64,000 bases of DNA from Dimorphilus gyrociliatus (taxonomy: Eukaryota > Animalia > Annelida), in the NCBI GenBank assembly GCA_904063045.1, contig CAJFCJ010000118.1:36723-100722 (forward strand), given 5' to 3'. Every line of letters starts with the position of its first letter. Position 1 is the first letter of the stretch. This document shows, one piece after another, positions 1-11,865 of the stretch. The notes beneath the pieces were generated by a model. The model ran no database searches. It had not been told where the DNA came from and saw only the letters and a program-made list of their open reading frames with translations. The position numbers and the translations under genes were made by a program.

Positions 1-377
1 TAAGTTTTAAATTTATGTCAATAATTCCTATGAAAATTTGAAGCATGGTGAATAATATATATTCATACTAAAATATGAAAGCTATTTTAAGACTTCTAAA
101 AGAACTCTAAGGCACCTAGCCTGTACTTTATGAACATCTGCTATTTTTAATGATTGTAGTTCAATTATTTTCTAAGAAGAGACAAGGTCAAGGTGGATGT
201 TTAATCTGAAGAAGGTAAATGGCAGAAAAAATAGGGTTAGGTGTACACATACATTCGTCAGCTATATTCTACAACAGAGAAGTAGTATTGAACCAGTATT
301 GTACTATGCAGATAGCAATGATAAAGATAAGCAGTAGTGACTTAGTTTCGCATAGGGAAGTGCATACACATTATGCA

Positions 378-1160
378 GCAATAAAACCTATTAAATTATA
401 TAAAGAATATTTGCTATTTGCAACCTAGCATTAATATTACAATTTATTAATCCATACATTTATGATTTCGAACTAAAACTAGTTCAATTAATTATCAATT
501 ATGCTTAAATTCTAAGTTTAGATTATATTGACAATTCAACAGTATTGTATACACAATACTGTTCTTCTTAACATGCATTAATCAGATATACTTCCTCCTT
601 ATATGCTGATGCTAAATTTACTAACTCAATCAATTGAATATCATTATTAAGGTAGAATATAAAAATAGTCAAATATACAATCTACATGTTTTCTTGATTG
701 TTGGACTTGTCCTACTAAAATTGTTATGTCTTATGCAACTCTCCAACCTGAGAAATTCAACTATTATTTAGAAGAGGAAAACAATAAAAACATGACCATA
801 TTTAGAACTTTTCTTTGTCTTCAAATGTTACTTTTGTTTTTGTGAACTATCAACCCTTAAAAGAGTATATAAACCCTACAAAATTAACAGTTGATAGTTC
901 AGTTTTCTAACTGTCAGCTAGTTGTTTAAACTAGCTTGTTTAGAACTAGAAGCTCATTTTACTCAATACATATTCTTTGGACGAAATACTGGTGTTTTGT
1001 TAATTAATTTCTACCGAAATTGCCTTTGTTAGACTATTTGTGGACGAACTTTAAAGGTTCTATTTGGACAAGTACTTTGGCAAGTTGGTAACTGATTGGA
1101 AAGGACAATTACAGTTGTGACGAACCAGAAATTCCTACAATTACAATACAACAAAGTACA
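378..1160 (+). mobile_element. LTR family A copy (5'-truncated), ending ...CAAAGTACA
   Basis: 425-1160 is near-identical to 59707-60458. The 3' ~300 bp is shared with 39715-39987, 51248-51511 (rev) and 53860-54171. It has a TATA-like AGAGTATATAAACC near 860 and ends in CA. Confidence 0.8.
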
Positions 1161-1377
1161 TTGCCAGTTGTCATTTGGATGAATATAAATTGGGAACACT
1201 GGTTAATGTAACCATGGATACTACCTCTCCTGAAACAAGCATAATATTTGTATTCAATCACCTGCAACAATTAGCACAATTAAGAGCTACAACCTTCTAT
1301 AAATCTACCATGGCATAACAACAATATAGAGAGAGAAAGAATAGAAATCTCATTCTTCCAAAATTGGCCAATTTATG

Positions 1378-1500
1378 CATTTGCAAGTTACAACAATACT
1401 AGTTCTTCTCAAACCTTTAAACAAATGTTTAAATTAAAATAGTTTATTCAAAATAATAATACTTAAGCAAGTAGCAATATGAGAGTTCGATAGCAGAGTT
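1378..1500 (-). mobile_element. Fragment of LTR family B
   Basis: TTTGCAAGTTACAACAATACT...GAGAGTTCGATAGCAGAGT matches 59100-59220 and the reverse complement of the 38532-39166 LTR. Confidence 0.75.
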
Positions 1501-2439
1501 CTTATTTCCTTGAGTAATGTCACCTGTAGAACAAATACTTCTGTCACAAGTAAATGTCTTATAGGCATGACTATCAAAGGATCTTATGGTAAGACCAGCA
1601 AGATGCATACCTTCCACAAAACCAAATCAAGTTTATGTGTGGTTGACAAATCAAAGAGAGTAAGTTATCAAATAGATGGAAACTTTATTTATATTTAATG
1701 ACATTGACATATTCTGTGTTGGCCAATAAATTATTTGAATGATATACATTTCTATTGGCAAGTTGTGCCATCAAGAATTATTAATAATTCTCTTCGTGAG
1801 TAATCTTGCTTTTCTTCTGACTTTGTATTATTAAAAAAGGAGAATATCACTTTTGAATTATCCATGTAAATTTAAAAAAACCATGTGGTTATAAGAGTCA
1901 TCATTTTAATTTAAAATAGGTAACTGGTATGTAAGAACCACACTAAAGTTAGCATGCCAGGGTGGAATAACTTTGGGAGGTGGATCACTGATACTAAGCA
2001 CTATTGGATTCACTTCAACTAGAGTTGAAGCAGCTACTGCTGTTTGTGAGAGTATTGATATGCTTTTCGAGAAAGAGAAAAAAAAGTAAGTGATGTAAAA
2101 TAGGATGTTTCATTTCAACCAGAAATTGTTGAAATTATATCTGGCTTAACTATCCTATTTTGAATAAATCATTTGAATTGAACATTTGGTTTTAAGGTTT
2201 GAGTAGAATCAGTACTATTCTAACTTGCAAACTCATAAAATTCCTTATAGAATTTAGCTTAGCTCCAGTTTTACAAAATTAACTTTAAAAATTATTTCAT
2301 CAAATTTTCAATGGATAATCAATTATTATTCTGAAGATAAGATTATATTACCATTTAACCATTCATTAAAAGTCATCTGACTTTATGCATTACCATATGG
2401 AAATAGAAGCATTTGCTGTTCTAATAGCTTTGGGGTCAT

Positions 2440-2830
2440 AACGTTTGCTAGAGCCCCTACATACCCAATTTCTCTTTTTTGGATAGAGTTATATTTGACT
2501 GTCATCAGAAAAGATGATATTGTTCACGTCATCTTGAATTTTGTTCAGCATCTTTTCACAAAAAAGCTTCCTGTTTCTTGAATGGTAAGGCTTTAGAGCT
2601 GGCTTGTTTCTAGCAACATAGCATCTCAGTTCATTCTTTTGCAGAAACTTCTTGCATGTAGATAAGGATATTTTTGATGCTAGTCCTGAATGGCTAAGGA
2701 CATTCCTTACCATGAAAAAGGGATTCTCTTTTGAGATCCTACAGATTTTTCTCTCTTCACTGCCTATCAGAATCTTTGAGGTGCAAAATTTGGAAAAGTT
2801 ATTTATCATTTTATGCTTCTTATACTTNTT
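2440..2830 (-). mobile_element. Tc1-family transposase remnant
   Basis: ORF 2489-2809 has a Tc3-type HTH region (ISKENPF...SLSTCKKFL...ARNKPALKPYHSRNRKLFC) followed by IIFSDDS, the first Asp of the DDE triad. It is truncated. Confidence 0.8.
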
Positions 2831-3029
2831 TGTTGAGCAGATGAACGCTGTTATTACATATCTACATATGCTGAGTAAGTTTGTGATCAGCTCTTGAAAA
2901 GAGAAAGAAAATATCCGTATCTTTAGTTTATCTCTATTTATTCTTGTAAAATTTTACCTCTTTTCTTTAATAAATTAAATTGTTTACCAGTTTTCAGAGA
3001 GGAAGAGGCTACTGAAAAAAAAATAACAT

Positions 3030-6000
3030 ATGGAATACGAGAATAACAAACACTTGAGAACAAACTCAGTTTCGGGGATGGAAAATGAAAAAACTTGGAG
3101 AGATTTTTCTAATGAAACAACATTTCATGGTATAAAAAATATTTTTTTAAAAGAAGCATCATTGATTAGACGAATTGGATGGGTTTTAATTGTCTTGGGT
3201 GCAATTTCCTTTTTCTGTTTTCAAGTAGTAAAAAGAGGATTGGATTATGGTAAACGAGATATAAATGTCAATGTTGAAGTGATATATACTAAGCAACTTG
3301 AATTTCCATCAGTTACTGTTTGCAATCAAAATAAATTCAGGTGTGAATGTAGGGACATTTTAACCTAAAAGAAAAGTTTTAGGTCTAGGTTAGAGGTTTT
3401 CAAAAATACAACTCTTGCTTGAATGCTTAACAATTAAAAGAGAACACCTTTAATCAAATTTAAAGCATTGCGTTTCCAAGTCATTGAAAATAATTCTTAC
3501 ACATTTTTCAGGATGAAAAGCGCCATTGAATTGGGTTTATATGAATATTTTTCAAAGATTTATAGCTTGGACAATGGTCAAAATACTACGTTTGATGAAT
3601 ATTTACCCAAAAATATGAATTTTAGCATGGAATACGTTTATAACTATGCTGGACATAAACAATCGGATTTTATTTTCTGGTGTAATTGGATGGATCGGCC
3701 ATGTAAATCGGAATATATCACAAAAACCATTACTGAATATGGTATTTGTTTCACTTTTAATTCTCCATCTTCCGTTGATCCACCAACTTCTTTAACTGTT
3801 TCCGAACCCGGAATGAATAATGGTCTTTCTCTATTATTCAACACTGAACAATACAATCATATGCCTGGACCAGATTTCGATGCTGGTGTGAAAATATTTT
3901 TACACGATGACTATAAAAAACCATTAATGGCGGATTTGGGCTTTGCAGTTCCAGCTGGAATGCACAGTCTCATTGGAATAAAACGAACCGAATCATATAG
4001 TCTTGGCGACCCATTTGGCAATTGTAAAAAGACAAAGTACAAATCACACGCTGAATGCAGGGATTATTGCAGATATAAAACAATAGCGAGCCTTTGCAAC
4101 TGCAAACCGTACGAAGCTACCGCAATCTTAAAAGATGATGACAATGCGAAATATTCGCAAGAAAACTGTTCTCTACCGAAGAAATATAATTGTATTGAAA
4201 GAAAATTGAGGAGATTTGAAGAAACTGATAAAAATATTCTCAATTGTTCATGTCCAATTCCGTGTAATCAAATCATTTATGAACCAAATCTATCATTCTC
4301 AGCCATATCGGAATTTGCGGCTAATAGAGTATTAAATGCGCATAAAGAGAAAGTTGATAAATTAGAACAAGACTATTTAAAAATTATTGAAGTTGGAGAA
4401 AAATATATTAAACCAAATTTTCATCTCAATAATGAAACTATAACAGAATTTATCATAAAAATAAATCAAGTTTTAAAACAATTTAATAAAACTTTTACAG
4501 TGTTTTCAACAAATAATCAAAAACTATCAGATAGTTTACAATTTGCAACGGCAATTTCAACAGATATTCAAAATATGGAAAATAATTTTAAAAAGGTAAA
4601 AACTGCTCTCAATTCACCAAAACTCACAGAATTATCTAAATCTTTGGATTATATGAAAAATGTTATAAGATATTTTTGGAATAGACTTTATGGCAATTTT
4701 CTAGTACATTTTGATGAAGTTGTTGAAAGTTTTCAAATTTGTAAACAAAATATACAAAATTTGAGTAATACACCTACAGTTTGTGATGGATTTATGAAAA
4801 AATTCCAATTTGGTGATTACGAAATACATTTTAGAGATTTCAAAAGCTTTTGGATCCAAATTATAAAAGATGCAAAAATTTCATGGGCTAAATCAAGTGT
4901 TTTAACAGATTTAGAAACTTATCTAAATAATCATACTAAAGAAATTGAAAGAATATTTCAAATGGATGTTAATGATACCAGATTACCATTTAATCAAATG
5001 TGTAAACCATTCTATATCAATTCAATAAAAGCAACAAAATCAATGCAATTTCAAAATCTAAATCATAATGATAGCTATGAAAAGTTTGGTGTGAAAATTG
5101 AAATTCTACTCAATTCATTAACTATATTTAAGAGAAATATTAATGATCAAATATTCAATTCTGTTTGTCTAATAAGTGAAAATCATGCACTTGAAAAGAT
5201 TAATTCATTACTTAAACAAATAAATTCAAATATTTTAGATTTATCTTCAAATTTTCAAGATTTTCAAAATTCAATAAAAAATAATCATGAAACTTTTAAA
5301 CAAACTTTAAATGAAACTGAACAATTTGAATCATATTTGAAAATTAATTCAGAAACAAAGAAATGTTATTTATCAGATACATTCTTATTGGAAAGTTACT
5401 TGACTAATATCAAAGATTTACTATTTCTTTATGATAAAATCAATGTGGAGAAGAGAAAATTTGAAAGAAAAAGAAAAAAGATTTATAAAGAATTGATAAA
5501 AATTGAAATGTTTGTTGTCGAACAATTCTATTGGCCTTTTCCAAAAAAGAATAAACATAATAAAGATATCATTTATCATGATTTAACAGACTTTCATTCA
5601 TACTTTGCTGAAAAAAAAGAAGACTATAACATTCCTGTGAATTGTTCAAAAGAACATTTACAACAAATTCGAATTGGTAGTTGGAGTAATTGTTTTCAAA
5701 ATTTTACAAAAAAAATGGAGGAATATGGTCTCGTTCTAAGCAAAAATTCTGTTCTTGATAAGATGAATATCTTATCCGCCTATGACAAACTATATAATTT
5801 CATGCATAAGTTTAAAAGTTCTTGCAAAGTAAATAAAGATTTTTTCAGGTTTGGTTTCTTTAACTTTTCTTTTTGTATTTAAATATTTTTTTTCTTTAAA
5901 ATTTGAATTTTCAAAACAAACAGAAGGAATTTTGCAAAAGTTAACATTTTCTACAAAGATATGTCTTATCAAAGAATTACTCAACATGAAAAATTTGGTT

Positions 6001-6208
6001 TTGTATCTTTTCTTTCTGAAATTGGTGGATTTTTAGGATTGTTCTTAGGAGCATCTGTTTTAACACTAATTGAATTTTTTGACTTTTCTCTTTGTAAGGT
6101 AAAAAACAAAAACAGAAATAGATTTCTCTTAATTTTTTTTCATTATAGATCACAAAGTTAACATCAAAAAAACTTTGGAAAGATTCTTCTAACAACAATT
6201 CATTATAA
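3030..6208 (+). CDS. DEG/ENaC-family (ASIC/FaNaC-like) sodium channel subunit, 4 exons (3030-3340, 3512-5848, 5924-6098, 6149-6208), ~960 aa
   Basis: Pre-TM1 HG motif (TTFHGIKNIF), TM1, FPSVTVCNQN, YGICFTFN, GLSLLFN, GVKIFLH, a Cys-rich thumb, and TM2 with SEIGGFLGLFLGASVLT (GAS filter). GT-AG junctions keep the frame; exon lengths sum to 2883 nt, a multiple of 3. Confidence 0.95.
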
Positions 6209-7112
6209 AAAAAATCTCTATGAACCAAAATCAACATAATCAAGAAAGCTTAGTTTGATTAAAATTTGATGAAAAGTACAAACTTGATTTGTGTGACCAA
6301 AAATGAAGATTGGGGACACTTGTCATTAAGAAATTGCATTGAAATTAATGTATAATACTTGAAATTTAAAAATTTTCTACTTTTTCCATGCTTTCACTCA
6401 TGAGTATGTTTTGCCATTTTTGGTTTTGAAACAATCACAAGTGTGAGAATTTTGGTTTTTAAGTTTTTCAATATCAATGCTTAAGGACAAAGTAAGCATG
6501 TCTGATTAATGCATGTTTTTAAAGTTGTATTGTATATATCATACTTTTTGAAAGTGAATAGAATCTAAAGCTTGAATAAACGCACAATTGATGTTTAATT
6601 GTCAATGCTTCCATATAAATTAATAAGTTTATAGATTGATGAACTGTAACATTTAAGTTTAAGATGAAAATCACAATATTTATCTATTATCTAACACAAT
6701 TTGTTGCCAAGCATTGTATAAGCTCTCTGCTACATGAATCTAGGTCAATGCTGTCAATGACAGTTGTTATGGAAATTGCACTGCTAGTTATTGGAATTTT
6801 CATAAGATTTGTTATCTTCTCTCTTCTTAGATTATCTCCAATCTCTGTAAAAGATCTGACGAATTTATGTGCACACATAAATCAAATTATTTTAATGTTG
6901 TATTTAGTTGCTTGTCATTTTATGTGAACTATACTTATTATCTCTCAGAAATATTTAGTAAGCTATTTCTACATTGATAAAGGTTCAATCACCAATTGAG
7001 ACAGCAACTTTGTGTGTTGATAAATCATAGTAAATATATTCTGGATTTTTGATTCAAGAATGAATAAAAGATTTATTGGTATCAGATTTAATAAAGGTAG
7101 AGAAAGAATTAG

Positions 7113-8270
7113 TTAATTAATCATATGATCAAGGAATTGGTCAAGTGTCTTCGGATAAAGAATATCATTGACATTTACAATCCAGCATTGTGATTCACCT
7201 CTCCAGACAAGTTTACTAGGAAAAACCTTATCATTTATCTTTATTGATGATGACTGCTCAAAATTTTGAATTGTTTGGAAGAATTCAAATGATTGATTAA
7301 CAGTTTGACCCATAAGACCTCCAGGTGATTTATAAGAGTTGATATGATTGATAAAAACATCAAGATATGTACCAATCATAGAATTCTTTGAACGCTTTAC
7401 AGAAAATGTATTATTCTGAATACTCTTATCATTTCTCGGAATAGAAAGATAGAAAACATCATTCTTCAATTCAATATTTATATCTCCTCTCTTAGTATTG
7501 AAACTAACCAATTGATTATTCCATTTAATGTAGCTGCCATTCTCAAAAAACACTTTATTAGCAGTTACTTTCAAAAGTTGATTATCAATGTAGAAATGCA
7601 TTTCGTGCATATAATAATCATCCTTCAAAATTCCATAAATCTTTATTCTCTCATATTTATCTTGAAAAACATTTATTCTATTGTAAGTTGTCGAACTTAC
7701 ATCAAAACAAACATTTTTAAAGCTTTTGTCCTTTTTATCTTTAATGAATAGGCTAAAGTGAGGATCGCCACTTCCAGCAGGTGGATCAATAATTTGAAGT
7801 TCAATTGTACCTACAATTGTGTTGCTGAATTGATTGCAATTTAATAATGCAAATACAGTTTCACCATTTTCTGGTATGGAGTCAGTTATTATTGAAACAG
7901 TTGCTGTAGCAGTCTCCGACTCTGAGAGAGAAAAATGTTTTTGGCCTATAAATTCATAATCAGGATCCTGTGATGTCAGGCTAAAAGAGATATAAAGTAT
8001 TGATATCATATGAAAATGATTTTAGTTATCTTTAATTTTTATACTCGCAAGTACTTCCTCCAGTAGCACCTGTAATTCGAATGTTAGCCAGTGTCCCCTC
8101 TTCAAAGGGACCTTGTCCTAAAAGTTCAAATGATGTTGAAAGGGCAAATCCCTCACATTCATAATCTATAGTTCAATTGTAAACTTTTTAAATAAAACTA
8201 AAAAAAATGATATAATTCACTACTTACTTAAAAAGGAAATCAAGATACAAAGTATAAAAATCTTCATCAT
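7113..8270 (-). CDS. Secreted protein: signal peptide + Calx-beta-like domain + ITIH C-terminal-like (GDPH) domain; 3 exons (8270-8228, 8165-~8045, ~7982-7113)
   Basis: MMKIFILCILISFL is followed by a phase-1 GTAAGT donor. Calx-beta-like DPDY...ATVSIITDSIPENGETV precedes GSGDPHFSL...NVCFDV...QD...IYGIL, which matches the ITIH heavy-chain C-terminal pattern. Confidence 0.75.
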
Positions 8271-9065
8271 TGCCTTTCTTCTATCTTTAAGAGAGCTTTA
8301 GGCGACTTTTAAATACTTTTTTAAAAACATTTTTTTAAGCCAATAAGAATTTTTTATGAATTATCATTGAATTGACATGTGTAATTTATTCTATTTCCTC
8401 TTTTCATGATGTGAGTGACGAGAAAATATATGAATAAAATCTGAATGTCTATCTTTATCAGAGGTTTTCAATTGTTGAAAAGACTTTATTACCATTAGAA
8501 ATGGGTGTGGTATTTAGTAGAAAAAAGATGACTAATTTCAACAATTTTGATAGTGTTACAGTTAATGAAATCACTGTTAGCAAGGTTATATATTCTTAAT
8601 AAAGAATTGTGATTATTTAGATAAGCTTCAAGCTGGAGAAAAAGACGAGATCAGCTTCAAACTGATATTGAGTAGTGTAATTAATACAAACACTAAACCT
8701 ACTTGAAGTCCTAGAATAATATAGAATCCTAATATAACTATGAATATAGTGCTTTTAAGTAATTTGTGTGTAAGATATAAGATAAAAGTTCACTAGTTTG
8801 TTATGCTAGGTTTAATCAGTGATTTTTTTCTAAAATATTAATAGCCTGAGAAGAATAGGGCCTACAATATTTTGCAAGAAATTTCTTTCATATAAGCTGC
8901 CCACGCAATTCTGCTATTATTATACTATAGATATAAAATTATAAAAGTTAGGTCAATAACCTTGTTACACAGGTTGACAATGTGAATCACTCCAATGTAA
9001 CAGATCATTCAACCATTTCTTCATATATATGAACAAAATAGATATATTAAAGAGGTGTGTCCTAT

Positions 9066-9271
9066 GGGGTCGACAGAAAACGTCCACAAATGATAAATTT
9101 CAAGACAAGTTTTTCAATTGAGAAATGGTTAGGCAGAAGAAAACAGCCACTGATTCGTACTTAAGAGGGTCTCCTTTAAGGGTTAGGGCTAATGGAAAAG
9201 GTTAGGTACAGCTAAGGGCTGGGTTAGGGTTAGGTTAAAGCACTCATTTGTGGACGTTTTCTGTCGTATCC
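9066..9271. mobile_element. MITE-like element with ~22-bp TIRs and an internal (GGGTTA)n tract, copy 1
   Basis: TIRs GACAGAAAACGTCCACAAATGA...TCATTTGTGGACGTTTTCTGTC. Flanked by GTGTCCTAT (9057-9065) and GTGCCCTAT (9272-9280). Confidence 0.85.
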
Positions 9272-9529
9272 GTGCCCTATACAGCCCCATCATACACTAA
9301 ATTTTTTGTCAGTAGAGTTTCAAGAAAAATCTCAAGGCTGTAAACAAACAGTTAATAAACATAGACGAAATGCTGTTAAATTTGCAATCTCTGATGTCTC
9401 TGGACCATTTTCTATTGGCCAAACCAATCAAGATATTATAGCTACAAAAACTGGTTCCAGCGACTTTGCACTTAAAAAATTAACATGTAACAATCGACTG
9501 GATATATACTATTTATCCTAAAATCCCTC

Positions 9530-9880
9530 CTGGTAACCCTAGCTGTCAGGCAACTGTGTTGTCCTGTTGGAAGATGTAATTCCTGCACATTTTATTGATA
9601 TTTCTTCAATTTTTTGCTCTATCCTCCTTGTTTCAGATAGCAATTGAAAGAAATTTCTTAGATATAGGCTGTAAAATTTTGTTATTGTGTTTTTATAAAT
9701 AGATTGATATATGGGTTAGATCAATAACCTTGTTGAATAGGTTATCAATATTAAATATTGCCCCAGACCTACAAAAACTGATTGTGGAATCAAAAGTAAA
9801 AGGTCAATCTATAGAATGAAAACATCGAAGAGGTGTGTCATATTCAGTTATCATTGCTTCAGATAAAACATGCTTTCAAC
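9530..9880 (-). mobile_element. Highly degenerate Tc1-like transposase relic
   Basis: The minus strand yields isolated VWG and NYIFQQDN motifs amid stops. Part of the region is duplicated at ~8880-9000. Confidence 0.35.
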
Positions 9881-11865
9881 TTGGTCTGCCCTGTTTTTCT
9901 ATATGAGTTGAATATAGTATATGAGTATATTTGAAACACTACATCTTATATTAAATAATAAGAAAGGTTGATAGATGATGATAGATGTGTGATGTCTGCA
10001 TTAATAAATTAATGGATGTCAATTATTTCAATTTTATAATCCTAACATCTCTCTCTATGTTTCTCTGTCCAGTGAATATTTCCTAGATATGTTCTGTTAT
10101 TTCAAGGGTTAAAAGTTCATTGTGGAGTAAAGGAAATGTATCTTTATTTTGTTTTGGGTAGAAATAGAAGACAGAACACTCAACTGCCCAAAAAAATCAG
10201 TCTTTCTCTTTCTTTAAGATCAACTTGAATGTAAATTTATTAATCAAATATGATTTTTTTTATTGAATCTAATCTCTGTTGCAGTTATCTTTATAATATG
10301 ATATTAGAGATTTATGGAAAAACTAGATTTTATAAATATTTATATATTTATAGTAATGAAATTGGCAATAAAGTAGCATTCATGTGTGATGGACTTGTTA
10401 ACTCTGTAGGTCATCCCTATCTAGGGATTGGACCCTTGTCACTTGCAGGTAAATCATTAACAACTGATAAGAGATTATATAAAAGCCAAGGTCTAGACAG
10501 CAACAAAAATTTAGAAAAAAGACAAACTACTCATGAAAACAGTGCTGAAACAAATGTTCCGTACAACCGACTTCTTTTTCGTAATGGCTATTTTGATGGG
10601 TAATCAAAGGGATTTTTTAAGAAAAAATTTGACTCCTGTGTAGGAAATTTTGTCTAGTTTTATTAGAAATTTTCAGATGAGTCAATTCATTAAGATGGCT
10701 TGAAGTTTTTTGTCCAGTGACATTGCTTGGAGTTGGGACATTTCGTCCCTTTTGCCTGGACATTACATCCCTTTAGTATGGACATTTTTTATGATAGGTT
10801 AGTGTAACTATTTACTTTTTTGATCACTTTATCAGTTTTCTTTATGAAGTACTATTGTCTACCAGTTTTCTCAAGACAATTTTTTACCTCTTCTTGTTTA
10901 TGGAAAAGTCTTGTAAGAATATTTGATTTTTGACTTATGTGTTGAGATCTGATTAGATTAATTAGTTACATTAAATGTTTAAAATATCTGTTATCTGTAA
11001 TTTGTCATTATCAGTTCCCAATATTCAATTTTCAGTTCATTCTATTGAGCCTTTACGAATTCATTTTTGTTGTTAGCAAGTCATGTCCATGTGCTCTAAA
11101 CAACCTCATATTTAGCTATACTATACCAATAATCTGCTGATTATTATAAATCTATTTATAGAATAGAATTCTGCTATGTCAACAGGAAAAAAATTAATTT
11201 TGGTAATTTCTTAAGAATTTGGTTGTCATAATAAAACATTTCCCCTTCCAGTATAGATACAAAATAAATCAAGAGTAAACAATAACTTACAAATTTATAT
11301 TATTCATTATCTTTATTCTTTTGATAGACAATAATAGAAAGAGATATAGGCTTAAGAAATTTGATAAATTTAATTTGGACAAATGCCAAAAAGTCAAGTC
11401 TAAAAAAAATGAAGAAAAATTTAATCAATCAGCTAAATAAATGAAAATCAATGCCCAAGGAATAAAGTGCAAAGCCCATATATATAGGTAATTGAAATAT
11501 TTGTTTTCTAGCCTCAATGATATGCATACAAACAATAAAGAGGAAACTAGAAGAGAAACTGCAAGAGATTAAAAAATTCAAAGCTAAAATAGGTTGTTCA
11601 AAATAAAAAACCAAGAATTTCTACTTTTACTTTCACTTTGTAAAAATAAAATGAAAAACAATAAAAACTAGGACACAGAGATTAACTCAACAAAAGAAAA
11701 TTGAATCTAAATATGAGTAATGAAGTTTTGTGCAAAAATTATGCCCATTTTGTTAGTCATTCGCTTAGTAAACTATTTATAGTGTACTTTATAAAATTTG
11801 AATCGGTTGCTGTTCAATCAACATTTTAACAAATATCTTTGATGATCTTATTGAAATTATTGAAA

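Noticed and set aside
6687-6878. Possible terminal exon on the minus strand, and an overlapping plus-strand ORF
   Set aside because: There is no recognisable domain and no linkable upstream exon.
10250-10603. 117-aa ORF with GK and KR sites, superficially like a neuropeptide precursor
   Set aside because: There is no convincing signal peptide or repeated peptide units.
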